Below, in pieces: positions 46,140 to 60,805 of a stretch of 64,000 nucleotides of DNA. This DNA comes from Azolla caroliniana (lineage: Eukaryota > Plantae > Polypodiophyta). Location: NCBI GenBank assembly GCA_043228905.1, contig JBHGNT010000007.1, positions 20,336,001 through 20,400,000 of the forward strand, read 5' to 3'. Position 1 is the first letter of the stretch. Each line of letters opens with the position of its first letter. Under the pieces are notes generated by a model. It made no database searches. It was not told the origin of the DNA and saw nothing but the letters and a program-made list of their open reading frames with translations. Position numbers and translations under genes: made by a program.

Positions 46140-47940
46140 CAAAGGCCTCCTTGACGTGATCAACTCGGATATATGGGGACCTACTTAAACATCGACGATC
46201 GGAGGATGCTGGTACTACGTCACCTTCATTGTGGATCTTCCCGATGAAGTAGAGGAGCGAAGTGCTCTCCCACTTCCAAAAGCTCAAGAGCCTTGTCGAA
46301 AAAGAAACTGGTCGGCACATTCGATGCCTACGATTGGATGGAGGACAGGATTACTTCTCCAATGAATTCATCTCCTACCTCCAAGATGAAGGCATCTGGA
46401 GAGAATTCTCATACCGACACACACCCCAACAAAATGGAGTAGCCAAAAGGAAGAATCAACACATACTTGAGGAAGCACACGCCATGATGCATGAGAAGCA
46501 CATGCCAAACTTCTATTGGGTTGAAGCGGCATCCACGACCGTCTATCTTATGAATCGATGCACCACTAATAGAGTGTATGAGCTAACTCCATATGAGCTC
46601 CTTGTTGGAAGGAAGCCGATCCTATCGCACCTCAAGGTGTTCAGAAACATTGCGAATGTACACATCCTGAGTGAAAAATAACAGAATCTCGATGTGAAGT
46701 CGGAGAAATGTATCCTCGTAGGATACTTGTCCAAACAAAAGGCATACAAGTGCTTCAATCCCTCAACCCGAGTAGTTCAGATAAGTCGAGATGTAGTCTT
46801 TGACGAATCGGCATCTTGGTATGAGCCCGATTTGACTCCATTTGACTCCATTCGACCTGACCGAGGAAGAGTTGCATGTCAACTCGGGTGACATTATTCA
46901 ACCAAGTCCTCTACCAAAGGACAGTCCAAGCTCTGCCGAGCTTAGTGGACCACATGAGATTTCACGCGACCAAAGCACTTTGCGGCCAAGTCTGAAATTC
47001 GACAACTGCAAAGGTACGATGGTCGAATACGAGGTCGACCATCCCAACGACAGTGATTCAGATGTGTCGGCTCCCTCACTAGATAGTGAGTTTGGTGTAC
47101 CCATCATCTGTACACCCGGAGTAAAGAAGGCGCTCACATCGGCAAGCGAAAAACCTCAACGTTCATCTAAAGAGAAGAACCCTGTCACTTGGCTCGGTGA
47201 CAATGAGTATATGGCCCATCATTATGCCTTGGCGATGAGGGTACAACGGTCAAACAAGAGCCCGAGAGCTCTATAGAAGTAGCTCGTGAACCACGACAGA
47301 TGGAAGCACTCAACCTTCGACCATCTAATGCTACAAGCCTTTGTCATAGGCTTGAGGGGGAGGAACCGAGACTGCCGCCACGAAAATTTCGACGCTGAAA
47401 GCCGACATCGAAAGCTGGACAATGCCGAAAGCAAAATTGGACGTCAAACGCCTCACACTTGAGCTTGAGGGGGCGTGTTGAGGTATCAAGATCAACTTAG
47501 TTTAGTCATTTAGTTAACCACATAACTTAGTGGGTACCTAGATAGAATCTAGTTAGTGTGTTGACCTTAAAGCCTTAAATAGGATTTTGTACTTGAGTGG
47601 GATACATTCTAGATCCTCCACTCACATGTTCATTTAATATAGGACTTACACATTTGGACCTATATTATCCCGATTCCTTACACATGTGCACCCTTGCACA
47701 TGAGATGTATATATACCACATTGAGGATATCGTTGTATTTTGATGCTTATTAATATAGAGGAAAGGTCTTTAGCTACACTCTTGTTAATCATCCCCCATT
47801 TATAATATTGTTCGTAAGTGTAACTTCCTCTATCTCTTCCTCTCATACACATACACACACATATCACATAATCTTCTGCTTATTAACTACTCACATACTT
47901 AGACACTAGTTAACCCTAGTTAATTACTTAATTATTAACA
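46140..47940 (+). mobile_element. copia D (family of element A): integrase, RT/RH deleted, double PPT, 3' LTR 47476-47940
   Basis: ORF 46262-46681 is integrase and collinear with 1970-2750. PPT GAGCTTGAGGGGGCG at 47461-47475. LTR similar to 9-438. Confidence 0.88.
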
Positions 47941-50900
47941 ACTTCTATGACACACTAGTTATTATACAAGGAGGTGGGATGGTGACACACGTGAGTATCC
48001 TAGAGTGTGTTCCGACACACGGGAAGTTGAGTTTGATTCTCAACACGCCCCTTCAAACACAACTTCCGATCATCGGATGGTTGGTTCAGACTAGTCTTCG
48101 GGCCGGCTTTGAGTCGACTCCGGTTCACTCCTGTTGCTCCTCCCTCCTCCCTCCTCGCTCCCCCCTCAAGCTGAGTATCCTAGAGTGAGTATCCTAGAGT
48201 GTGATCCTCCCTCCTCCCTCCTCTCTCCTACTCCGGTTCACGTGAGTATCCTAGAGTGTGTTCCGACACACGGGAAGTTGAGTTTGATTCTCAACACGCC
48301 CCTTCAAACACAACTTCCGATCATCAGATGGTTGGTTCAGACTAGTCTTCGGGTCGGCTTTGAGTCGACTCCGGTTCACTCCTCCCTCCTCCCTTCCCCC
48401 TCAAGCTCGGCTGGTTGACGGTCAAAAGACTTAGGTTCATCGTGAACTGCCACAACTTGTCGACTCTGAGTGCCTTCGTGAAGATGTTGGCCGTTTGTAG
48501 GGTCGTACTTATGTGTTATAGGTCGATATCTCTGCCTAGGACACGTTCTCGGATGAAATGGTAGTGCACCTCAATGTGGTCCGAACGTGGAAGACTGGGT
48601 TCCGAGCGAGGTGAATATTGCTCATGTTGTCGCAGTAGAGGAGAATCAGATCCTTGATGGGAACGCCTAGATCCTTCAAGATTCTCTTGAGCCAAACGAC
48701 TTCACATGCGGCAACGACTGTGCCCTTGTATTCGGCTTCGATGCTAGACAATGCGACTGTCGACTGCCTTTTGCTGCTCCAGGAGATGGCTCCGTTGCTG
48801 ACGGAGAAGAAAAACCTAGAGGTTGATCATTTGTCGGCTTTGTAGCCGGCCCAATCGACATCTGTATACCCTTTGAGTCGTATAGGTGTGACTGATTTGT
48901 AGAGGATGCCAAAATTCATGGTTCCACTCACATACCTTAACACTCGCTTAGAATAGTCAAGATGGATGTCTCGTAGAGTTTGCATAAACTGGCTAAGAAG
49001 ACCGACTGGATAACTCAAGTGGGGTTGGGTGACTGTGAGGTAGATGAGGCTTTCGACTAGGTCTCGATAGAGAGTCGGCTCACACTCTCTTGTGCTTGAG
49101 TCAACAACTAGCTTTAGATTTCGATCGAGATGGGTAGTGACGGGCTTACACTGTGTCATCCCAAACTTGTAGAGAAGATTGAAGATATAGTGCCTTTGAG
49201 AAAGCATGATGCCTTAAGGAGTCCAAATTACTTCTATTCCTAGAAAGTAATGAAGCTCCTTCATATCTTTCATTTCGAATTGGCTAGAGAGGAGCTTCTT
49301 GATGTGCTCAATATCTGCTAAATGCTCTCCTCGGATGACCAAGTCATCCACATAAATGATGATAAATACCTGTCCTCTGGAGTCCCTCCAGATGAATAGA
49401 GAGCTATCGGACTTGGACATGTTGAAGCCGATTTGATGAAGATATTGCGTTAGCTTCATTACTTTCTAGGAATAGAATTACTTCTATTCCTAGAAAGTAA
49501 TGGAGCTCCTTCATATCTTTCATTTCGAATCGGCTGGAGAGGAGCTTCTTGATGTGCTCAATATCTGCTAAATGCTCTCCTCCTATGACCAAGTCATCCA
49601 CATAAATGATGATAAATACCTGTCCTCTGGAGTCGCTCCGAATGAATAGAGAGCTATCGGACTTGAACATGTTGAAGCCGATTTGATGAAGATATTGCAT
49701 TATCTTCGAATGCCATGCTCTCGGTGCTGGCTTGAGACTGTAGAGAGGCTTTTTGAGTTGGCAGAAAGTAGTCAAATGCGTAGTCGACCCGAATCCGGGA
49801 GGTTGTGTCATGTACACCTCCTCTTCTAGCTCGCATTGGAGGAAGGTGTTCTTCACATCCATTTGGTTGAGGTGCCACCCTTTTGTTGCTGCAAGCACAA
49901 TCACGGTTCGAATTGTAGCCATCTTTGCCACTGGGGCAAAGGTCTCTATGTAATCGACACCGTGAGTGTGTGCATAGCCCTTTGCCACAAGCTGGGCCTT
50001 GTACCGATTGACAACGCCATCAATGTTGTGCTTCACTTTGAAGATCCATTGACATCCAATTGCCTTTTGGTGGTGTGAAGAAGGGACGAGATCCCACATC
50101 TTGTTCTTGGAGAGTGCTTGCATCTCCTCATTCATCGCTTCGACCCATCTAAGGTCCTTCGCGGCTTCGAAAAAGGTTTCAGGTTCTCAGACTATTGCCA
50201 CCTTCATCAGGAATGCATAATGATATGCCATGTAGTACTTGTAGCCGAATCGGTTGACTACATTCTTTTCTCGGGTTGAGCGACGTGGTGCTCCTGGTGT
50301 CCTTATGATGGGCACATCCAATCCACCATACTCACTGTCATGTGAGTGAGTCGATTCATTTCTATCTAAGTTTTCGTACTCAAGCATTTTGGCCTTACCT
50401 TTGGTACCCGTCTTCGGACTTGGCTGCGACATGCTTTGGTCACTTGGAAGCTCTTGTGGTCCACTTAAACTGGTTGAGATTGGACTTTCCTCTGATGTGA
50501 GCTTCGGTCAATCATCCTCCTTCGCATTTGCGTCGAACTCGGTTTCGACTGTGTCGGATGGAGCTAATTCAACTGTATACTAGGATGCCGATTTGTCGAA
50601 TACGACATCCCTACTCACTCTTACCTTTTTGGTAGAGGAGTTTAAGCACTTATACCCCTTTTGTTCGAGTGAGTACCCCACGAGGATGCATTTCTCTGAC
50701 TTGGGATCTAGCTCTTGTCACTTTTTGTCAGGAATGTATGCAATTGAGCCGAATATCCTGACGTATGCAATTGAGCCCAATATCCTGACGTGGGATAGGT
50801 CCAACTTCTTATCATAGAATTTCTCGTGAGGGGTGAGATCATGCACTCCGGAAGTTGTGCAATGATTCATTAGATAGATGGCCGTATTCGCCGGTTCAAC

Positions 50901-51325
50901 CCAATATGATCTTGGCAGATGTTTCTCGTTCATCATTGCCCTTGTTACATCGAGTATGTGCCGATTCTTGCATTCGGCTACTCCATTCTGCTGAGGTGTG
51001 TGTCGGCAAGTAAACTCCCGCCGGATTCCTTTTTGTCGAAGGTATGTTGTGAAGGCATCAGAGAAGTACTCTTTGCCGCTGTCCGATCGAAGACATCGTA
51101 CATGATGATCGGTTGCCTTTTTGACTTTGTTCTTGAATTTTTGGAAGTGCGAGAACACTTCATTCTTTAGGCGCATGGGATAAATCTAGGCAGGTCTGAA
51201 GAAGTCGTTGATGAACGTTACGTAGTACCGACAACCACAAATGTTGTCGTCTAGGCTGGTCCCCATACATCTGAATGTATTACATCCAGGATCCCTTTGC
51301 TTACGTTCCTCTCCTTTCGGAACGG

Positions 51326-52185
51326 TGTCGTGAAGAATGTGCTTCACGATATAAAAATGAGCTTAAATGTTGTATTTAATAATATTTGAGAGACTTGAAC
51401 CCACATCCTTATATACGATGTACAATGTACATACCACTAGGCTAGGCTATTTATTTGTAAAAGTGTGTAATAAATGTGCTTCATGATATAAGAATGAAGC
51501 TATATATTGTATTAAGTAAAATTGAGGGACTACCAAGCATACACCACTAAGCTAGGTTAGTTATTTTAGAATGCATTTTCATCATTATAATTATCTCATA
51601 TCTATTTTCATACATAGCCATCATTCATCACATGCAATGCATGTGCGCCAAATGGCGATCATGCATTACATGTAACTCATGCATTGCATGCATGCCATGC
51701 TCCCATACATTACCATATGCATGGCAACACTTATATAAGAGGGGAAAGGGAAAACAAGGAAGGGAATCAAGAGAAAGTTAGAGAAATAAGATAATTAATG
51801 AAACAAACAAGTTAGCTTGTTGGTGAAGAGGCTCGTGTTTCCAAGTTGGAGTCAAGAGTTCGAATCAAGGGTCGGTAGAGAAAGGGTTCATCTTGCTACC
51901 AAACATTGTAAAGTTGGTAAAATCTTGTATTTGTAATATACATCATGTTCATATCATATATTTTTTGTCTTAAATCATACTTTGTCTCTATCTTGCGTCT
52001 TGAATCATACATTGCCTCTATCTTTTATCTATACTAGTCTCTCTCTCACACATATTACTTTAAACTATTATTCTTCATATCCTTTATCTTCCTAACATTT
52101 GCACGCAAGCCTAATAAAAGTTCCTTCAACTCCCCTTAACCTTAGTCCCTGCGACTTCGCCGCACGAACCACAACTACCCCGACA
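51326..52185 (+). mobile_element. solo LTR (860 bp, TGTCG...CGACA, 4-bp TSD ACGG) inserted in copia E integrase
   Basis: Removing the insert plus one ACGG restores the host frame (QPFRKERNVSKG). TATATAA at about 51732. Orientation inferred from the TATA box. Confidence 0.85.
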
Positions 52186-55100
52186 ACGGTTGTCAGTGAT
52201 GTTTGCCGAATTGGCACGTTTCGCACACACATGTAGTTTCCTTTTCGGTAATAGTTGGGAGTCTGATGAAGACTCCTTTTGATTGCATTCCTTTTGAGCT
52301 TTTGGAGGTTGATGTGGCTTATCCTCTTGTGCCACACTCTATGTCAGCCTTGGCTCTCTAGCCCTTGGCATACATTGCCGTTTTCATCTCGTGAGAGTCG
52401 AGGATGAACATCTGACCTTCTCTCCGACTGGGAATGATAAGTTGGTCTTAATTTTTGATGAAGTCTCCTCCATCGTTGAAGTGGACTTGTATGCCTTGTT
52501 TGTCTATCTAGCCAATTGAGACCAAGTTCTTTGTTATTATAGGAACATGTAGAATGTTCTTGATGTAGGTTTGGTTTCCTTCTTCCCCAAATGGGACATT
52601 GCTGACATGTTGAATGTGGTGAATTGTGTCATCCCCAATTTCCACATAGCCGGGTTGTTCATGCTTTCGTAGCTCTTTGAACCAATCCTCGTGGGATGTC
52701 ATTGTCAGGAATAGTACTAAGATAGAGGGAATTAGTACTAGAGATAAGGATTAGTACTAAGAGGGAAGGAGGGTGTAGAACTCTCTCTCTCTCTCTCTCA
52801 TGATGATAACAAATGATATATTATATGAAGAGAATATACAAGAATAGCTAGGAGATTTAAGAATGTCGTTGAACCGAATTGGTTCAAAATAAGGCCTTGT
52901 GCCTCTTTTTATTGCATTGTCACAACTACTCCTGAAGTTTCTAGAATGTTCTAGAGAAATCTGGAATATACATCAATTTTCTATAGTGAAATAATAAATG
53001 AAAGCAATTTTTTTTGTATTACAATGTATAACTTAATGGTAGGGCTTTAAACCATGTGACACAAGGTCAGGGGTTTAAATCCTTATAAAGCCATACCATG
53101 CTATATCATGACACTATCCCCCCTAAGACGACTTGTATAGATTGAGGACCTAGTTTGTCGGGGTATTGTCGATGGAAGTCCTCAAATAAGAGCTTGAGCG
53201 TTTGTTACATTCTCGACTGGTTCCCAAGTATGCTCGCTTGGACTATAGCCTAGCCAATCAACCAAATAGTAGAGCTTGTTGCAAACAATCTTGGAATCGA
53301 GGATGGCAGCAACTTCGTACTCTGGTCCTGCTTCAAGCTCGATTGGGGGTGGAGGTGGTGTAATACGATTCAGAATAGTGTTGTCTTGATGAGGTTTGAG
53401 AAGAGAACTATGAAAAACCGGATGTACCCGTAGTTGCGGAGGTAGCTCGAGACGGAAAGTGACATCATTAATTTTTCCGGTAATACGGAAAGGACCTAAT
53501 CGTCGATAATCCAATTTTTCGCATGGACAAGTAGTCTTGATGTGTCGTTGTAATAGCCATACCCGATCTCCAATGTTAAAACTGGACGGAAGCCGATGAC
53601 GATCCACATAATCCTTTTGTGTTTGTTGAGCTTGATGTAAATGAGTAGATAAGTCTGCTTATATCTTGCATAGCTGCTCCAAATGATCCTCTACACAAGG
53701 ATTTGTGGGTAACTTCGGAGTTTTGAATACACACCGCTGAGGATGATAGCATTTATAAGCATAAAATGGTGTAACCCTAGTCGATGAGTGGATAGAGTTA
53801 TTATATGCAAATTCGGCAAAGTGGAGAATATCCGCGCAATCATCTTGTTGATACCTTAGAAAACATCGAAGATACTGTTCTAGCATTTGATTTGTTCGTT
53901 CTGCTTGTCCGTCTGTTTGAGGGTGATAGCCAGAGGAGAGGTTACAAGTGACCTTCAACATTTTGAAGAGATGCTTCCAGAATTTCAAGACGAATTGAGG
54001 TCCACGGTTGTTGATGATACTATCTTGGAGGCCATGATGCCGAAATACCTCATGCATGACAATTTGGGTGGTTTCTTCACTAGTGATTTCCTTAGTACAA
54101 GACAGGAAATGTGCCATCTTATTATATCCATCTACTACTGTTAAGATCACATCGAATCCCTTTGAAATTGGAAGATCTGAGATGAAATCTAGAGAAATGG
54201 ATTGCCATGGCTTGCTTGGAATTAGTAAAGGTTCCAATAAACCATATGGATGATGTCTTGGCAGCTTTGCTCTGCAACATGTATCACATGTCCAAACATA
54301 GTCTTTGACAAATCGTCGCATATGAGGCCACTAGAATGATCGTTGTACTAAATGCAATGTTTTAGTACTACCAAAATGCCTAGTTGTATATGTGTCATGA
54401 CAATTTTGGACTACTCAAAGGCGACAAGAACCATTAGGAACATACAAGAGTTTCTTAAAGAATAGTAATCCATCATGATATTCAAATTGTTGATAGTTCG
54501 TACCTAGTTGTTGCGATTGTGAACAAGATGCCCGAGAGGGATCAATTTGCGCTAGAATGGCTTGAGCGAAAGCGTCTGTCTTCAAGTCTTCACGTATGGT
54601 ATCGATAATGTGGGAATCCAATGGCGTGTTGAAAACCCACGTTGCTTGCAGTCGTGCCGGTCCTAGGATTACTTGCTTTTGATTATTGAATGCTGGATCA
54701 CCGGGACGAGGTGCTAGATGTGAGCACCGCGATAACGCATATGTCTTCCCTTGCTGCTTCCCAAGACGATATGTAATTTTGAAGTCGAAACAAGTGAGGA
54801 ATTGGGCTCATCGAGCTTGACGTCGATTTAATACACGAACATTCTAGAAGTAGGCAAGATTTTTGTGATCACTGAACACAATGACTTGATGAGAAGATCC
54901 CTCTAAAAAATGCCTCCATTGTGTAAAAGAGTCCACTATTACCAATAGCTCCTTGTTATGTATTTCGTAGTTGATTTCGGCAGCGTCAAACTTGCGTGAG
55001 TGGAAAGCAACAAGATGTAGCTTTTCATCATCGCCGTGTTGTGACAAAATGCTACTGAGGGCGAAATTCGATGCGGCTACATTTTTCCAGTTTTGCATAA

Positions 55101-56581
55101 AGACCATGTTCTCGAAGTCATTTTAGTACTAATAGTACATGCGAATCATGCTCTTATTGAGTCTTCGAATAAACTAGTAGATCATCCAAATAGATGATCA
55201 AACAAATTTCCAAGAGCTCTCGGAATATATGCTAGAAGACTGTTGGTGCATTGGTGAGACCAAATGGCATAACCATATACTCGAAGTGCCCATATCTAGT
55301 GCGAAACACGGTTTTCCATTCATCTCCTGGTCGGATCTGTACGAGGTTATATGCTCCTCGTAAGTCGATCTTTGTGAAGAACTTTGCACCATTAATCTGT
55401 TCTAAAAGACTCGAGATAAGGGGAAGTGCATACCTATTCTTGATGGTGACCTTATACAAGCCATGGTAATCCACGACGAGACGAAGTGATCCATCCTTTT
55501 TTTTGACAAAGAAAATGGGTGTGCGGGCTAGAGATTTCGAATGTCGAATGAACCCGTTTGCCAAATTCTCCTCTATGTAGGCTCGAAGGACTTCTAGCTC
55601 GGTTGGTGACAAGTTGTAGATTGGTCCCCATGGTGGCTCTTTTCCTAGTTGTAAATCAATGGGACAATCATACGATCGATGGTGAGGAAGAGTACTGGCT
55701 TGCACCTTATCAAACATGTCGGCATAATGACGATACTTCTCTGGAAGTTGAACTATGGATTCCTTTTCACTGGTGTTGGAAGGTTTTATTGATACTGCGA
55801 AGACAAACATTGATTCCTTGCGTCCTTCCTCACACAATTGATGTAGTGAAATGATTGAAATTCTATGAGTAGATCCTCGGGTTTGTCGATAACGAATTTC
55901 TCTTGTTCTCCAATCTATGTTTGGGTTATGTAATTTGAACCATGGTAACCCCAAGACAATTAGATGCTTTGGACTACTAATTATATTAAATGATACTACA
56001 CACACCAAATTATCTTGGACGACCTAAATCGCCTCTCACTCTTCTATGATATTTTCGGAAGCAATGGGATGACCATCAATTACTACTATAGATGCTGGGC
56101 ACGAAAGTTTTCTTAGAGATATCTGATGAACTCGGGCAAAATTCCTATCCATGAAGCAAGAATTGGCTCCGTAATCTAAGAGTGCTAAGACATGTATTAG
56201 AGGAGTACTTTTAGTACTAATTGTTACTTGAGCTAAGAACACATTAATAACTTGTTTAGAGAGAATGGAACCACTAATGGGTTACACAGATCTAGGGCTG
56301 TCCAACCAAACGACTCCTATTTTGGCTGGACTTAGTCGTTTAACTCTTCTTCTAATTGACTAAGGACTTCAAATTTGGTTGATAGACTTGGGCTATTAGT
56401 ACTATCGGAAACTCCTAATGCAATAGCCTCGGGTTTAGTACAAGCTACTATTTGATTTACATGTCTTCTTGGCCTATGTGGACAGTTTACTGCGATATGC
56501 CCTAGTCCTCCGCAATAAAGACATAATTGATTTGCTTGGTATTGTTGCTTTTCTTCTTCTGACAATGGTCCATGACGATGT

Positions 56582-57508
56582 TGTCGCAAAAATATGACAG
56601 AGACACATGAACTTGAGGTAGGACCCCGGGGCCTTCGACTAGAGGGTACCAAATTCGTGTGGTTATACTTTAAGAATTAACAGAAATGAGAAAGTTTGAT
56701 AAATTTCTTTGGCAAAGAAAAAGAAAAATTACAATCTAACCCAAGATTGGGATCACAGAAATTTAGGTTTAAAGAGATTAATAGATAAGAAAAATTAGGG
56801 TTTTTGGGAGATATGGCTTCCGTAAGTTAAAATAGGGTTCATGCGAGTGATAGCTCCAATCCCTTAAGGAAACAAATTACCCCCCCTATTACATTGTGTT
56901 TTCCACCCTTACATAGTGATAGGAGACTTAGCACATAACAATCCATGCTTTTTCTAATATAGACTTCATGCTTTTTCTTCTAATAATAATGTTCATGCAT
57001 GACCTTACTTTAGTTGCATCCATCCGTATAGTTTGACCTGTGCATGATTTGTACAATCGTCTTGCCCGATCCGCGCGTCCCGACTGTTCCGTCCAATCCG
57101 ACCCAGACGTTCCGAACTGTTCCAAAATCATTTCGAGCAATTCATCTACATCCATCCATCTAAACAATTCGACCGCATCCATCTATCCAAACAGTTTGGC
57201 CAAATCACCCTAACCATCGTGTGCTCCAAACACACACATGTAAAGCAAAAAGTTATGGGTCTGCTTATATACTGTTGGATCCGATGTTGTCCTATCTATG
57301 TGGGATATCTCACAGTTCTGTTTTCCTCATCTTCTCAAACTTCATACTCACATAACGTGATACTTAGTTGTCCGTTTCATATGTAGTAAAATGCATTCAG
57401 AAGCTCTTGAAGACATCCATCTTTTTATACCAAGCTATTAAGCTAATCTAAAATAATTATTTTATTATTTTATTTTATTTTATATATTGTGTGAAGAATC
57501 ACATGACA
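56582..57508. mobile_element. solo LTR (927 bp, TGTC...GACA, 4-bp TSD ATGT) inserted in gag of element F
   Basis: Excision restores MEIDTTHRHGPLSEEEK. Confidence 0.8.
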
Positions 57509-57804
57509 ATGTGTGGTGTCGATTTCCATCAATGTTAGAGTATTTGCCAGAGATGCATTGTATAACTCCCTTCCAAATGGTTTTAATGCGATCGAGGCGT
57601 ATGTGGGCTACGACCTAGTCCTTGGCATTTGTAAGTGGCATTCCGAACGTCATTCGAAAAGCTAGTTATCACATCGTATTGCTCGACTGATGGCCTTTGT
57701 GAGTAATTTTGGTTCTTCAGTGAAAGTCAGGAGTAAGTCTTTGACATCATTTCGTAGGTCGTATTGAAATTTCTCCATTAATGCTTGATCATCCTAGGGG
57801 ATAT

Positions 57805-58445
57805 ATGAAAGGATGATGATAGAAAGAAAATATAAAGAAGATATATAAACCTAAAACTACAAAGATCTATTGATAATGAATGATCATGATAGAAGGAAGA
57901 GAGAAAGAAGATACATAAATCCAAATATACAAAGCTATATTGATAACAACTAAACCACACTACATAAATTGGCAAGAAAACACCACATGGAATATCCTCC
58001 CACCACCTTACTCTTCTTCCCTTATTACAAAGGTATCACTTCTTCTATCTCCCCCTCTATACTCCCCTTCTCACTTCTTATAATCTTCTTCTTCTCTTTT
58101 TCACACTTTTTTAGAAGTTTTTTATCTTCTATTTTTAGTTATGACACAACGATCTTCTAATCGTCATATCTCCCTCATCCGAGCTCCAAATTTAGAGATT
58201 TACAAGCTTTCCAATCTATATTTGAACAGGATATTTGGATTCCAAAAGAATGAGTTATGGGCGTTCGTTTCAGACTGTATTTTGGTTGCCCGCTTTTTTC
58301 TTCTTTTACTTTTCTCCACATTTCTTGTTTTTAGTTTGACTTATCCTCAAGACCTTGGTTCGTATTCTTGCCCTTCGGATGTGAATGCGCCATACCTTAT
58401 ATTCTTGTAGTGTTCAATACCTTGAATTCTAAAAACACTTTCACA
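57805..58445. mobile_element. solo LTR (about 640 bp, ..TGAAAG...CTTTCACA, apparent 4-bp TSD ATAT) inserted in gag of element F
   Basis: Excision restores LLAFDIP*DDQALME. The left terminus is eroded. Confidence 0.7.
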
Positions 58446-59211
58446 ATATCGAAGGCGAGTAGACGGAAATCTGGAGCGTAAGCGGAGGCTGGACGATCAC
58501 CTTGACGTAACCGTCAGATTTTGTTGATGGCCATCCTTATGCTATCAGTATCTCCAAAACAGGCTTTAAACTTGCTTATAAACTCTTCAAAATTATTTAG
58601 TAATGGAGATTCCTTTTCTAACAGTGGAGCGAACCATGCCAAAGCTGAGCCGCTTAGCAACGTGCCTACTAAACCCACATGTGATGCATCGGTGGGATAT
58701 CGGGAAGGGTGAATTTGAATGACTAATCGTACCTGATTAAAGAATCCTCTAAACTGTGATCATGTTCCATCGAATTTCATAGGAAGGCCGATCATGGGTT
58801 CTTTATGAATCCCTTGGGTACTTGGTCCTTGTTGTTGCAACACTACAATGGTTGCTTCAAGTTGTTGCACGTGTAACGCTAGCTCCCCATGTTGTTGTTG
58901 CATTTGTTGCTTTTCTAAAGAGATTTGTTGAAGATCCCCCAATAGCTGTTGATTTTCTTGTTCCAATGTGAGAAACTTTTCTTTCAAGCATTGCAACTCC
59001 GAGAAAACGGATTGATATTCTTGATCATTAACAGTTTCCATCATATTGGAAAAAGGAGGGATAAGAGGATTAGTATGAAGGAAGGGAGGAGTAAGAAGAT
59101 CGAGAAATTCAGTTCAAGCTGTCAAGAATAGTACTAAGACAAAGAGGGAATTAGTATTAGACATGATGATTACTACTAAGAGGGAAGGAGGGTGTAGAAC
59201 TCTCGAGAGAA

Positions 59212-59272
<61 letters not shown>

Positions 59273-60761
59273 TGATAACAAATGATATATTATATGAAGA
59301 GAATATACAAAATAGCTAGGAGGCTTAAGACTGGCGTTGAACCGAATTGGTTCGAAATAAGGCCATGTGCCTCTTTTTATAGTGCTATCAGGAGTACTCC
59401 TAAAGTTTCTAGAATGTTCCAGAGAAATCTAGAATATACATCAATTTTCTATCGTGAAATATTAAATGAAAACATTATTCTTTGTATTATAATGTATAGC
59501 TTAATGGTAGGGCTTCAACCCATGTGACACAGGGTTCAAATCGTTTTAAAGCCATACCATGCTATATCATGATAGTCATGTGGTTGGGTGCACCCGAGTC
59601 GACAAACCATACATCTTTTGGTTTGGAGGTTGTCATCGAGTTCTCTTTGTGCCTCATCACAAACATTCTGCCATGATTGTCGTAGTTGGATTTGGCGTAG
59701 TTTGTGAGTTGTCAGCTTGTGGAGGCCGACTCACTCTTCTTTTTCTGAAACTTTGCCTCATAGTGACCGAGTTTACCACAGTATCCACACTGGGCGGGAT
59801 TGTTTTGTTGGCTGGGTCCGGCATGGTTGCTCCCCCTTCTTCTGGACGCTCCGCCTCGCGCGTTTGAAACGTCTTGTCGGTAGTGGAAGTTATGTTCTCG
59901 GGGTTGCTCTTGGTTGTGTCAGCCTCTTTTTCCATGACCTTGTCCTCTTCCTCCATCGAAGTGCGAAGAGAGCATTTGTCCTTTTGTGCATTGCTTCTTG
60001 TTCGAACATGATTCTCCTCGACCAGTAGCATTAACTGGAGATCGAAGGAGGGAGGATTTTCCCTCACAATGACTGCCGACCGAATGGCTCCGAACCAAGG
60101 TGCTAAGACTCTAAGGCAAATCTGTACCATTTCATCGTCGTCAATGCTAATATTGATCGACCTGAGGGCATCACATAGTTCCTTGATTTTCAAGGTGTAG
60201 ATGCTGATTGACATGTCCCTATGTTGTATACCGTTCAACTCTTGATGGAGTTGAAGCTTTCTTGTAGTCGTGTTGGCCGCGAAGATCTTCTTGAGGTTCC
60301 CCTATGCCTCCTCCGGCACTTTGGCCTCTCAGATGTAGCTGAACATGGGATCATGGACGCATGATGCAAGGCAGTACAACACACGACTCGATGCTTGCTC
60401 CCAAGCTGGGTAGTCGGCATGTGTTGGGTTGGGTTGATTTTCGTTTGCTCCTTCGACATAACTCCAATAGCCTTGGCCGACAAGGTATTGGTGCATCTTG
60501 TACTCCCAATATGCAAAGTTGTTTCTGTAGCTTCTCGGTAGGAAGAGCATTTCCCATCCGAGTGTTCATGTCGAGCGTCTTCATCTTCTTCTCTTACATA
60601 CGAATTGTGCAGGTTGTTGCTGCACTGATCATCCGGTTCTTTCCGAACTCGGGATTGGTCACAACACACGTAGAGGCGATGGACTTTGATCAAGAAACCA
60701 TGCGCTCTGATACCATGTAAAGAATCGGAGATGATTTTGTGCAATGGAAGAACTATGTGTG

Positions 60762-60805
<44 letters not shown>

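Larger units (their letters stand above)
52703..59574 (-). mobile_element. older Tcn1/sushi-like chromovirus F (5' LTR 59120-59574, 3' LTR 52703-53113, TSD GTCAT), related to 27595-33699
   Basis: gag from 59044, PR/RT 56240-55100, a deletion between RT and RH, INT 54321-53659, chromodomain to 53182, PPT 53114-53125. Many stop codons. Confidence 0.93.

Noticed and set aside
9-47940. One giant element bounded by the similar LTRs at 9-438 and 47476-47940
   Set aside because: The LTRs are clearly diverged, there is no matching TSD, and both ends carry the same integrase segment, so they are separate copies.
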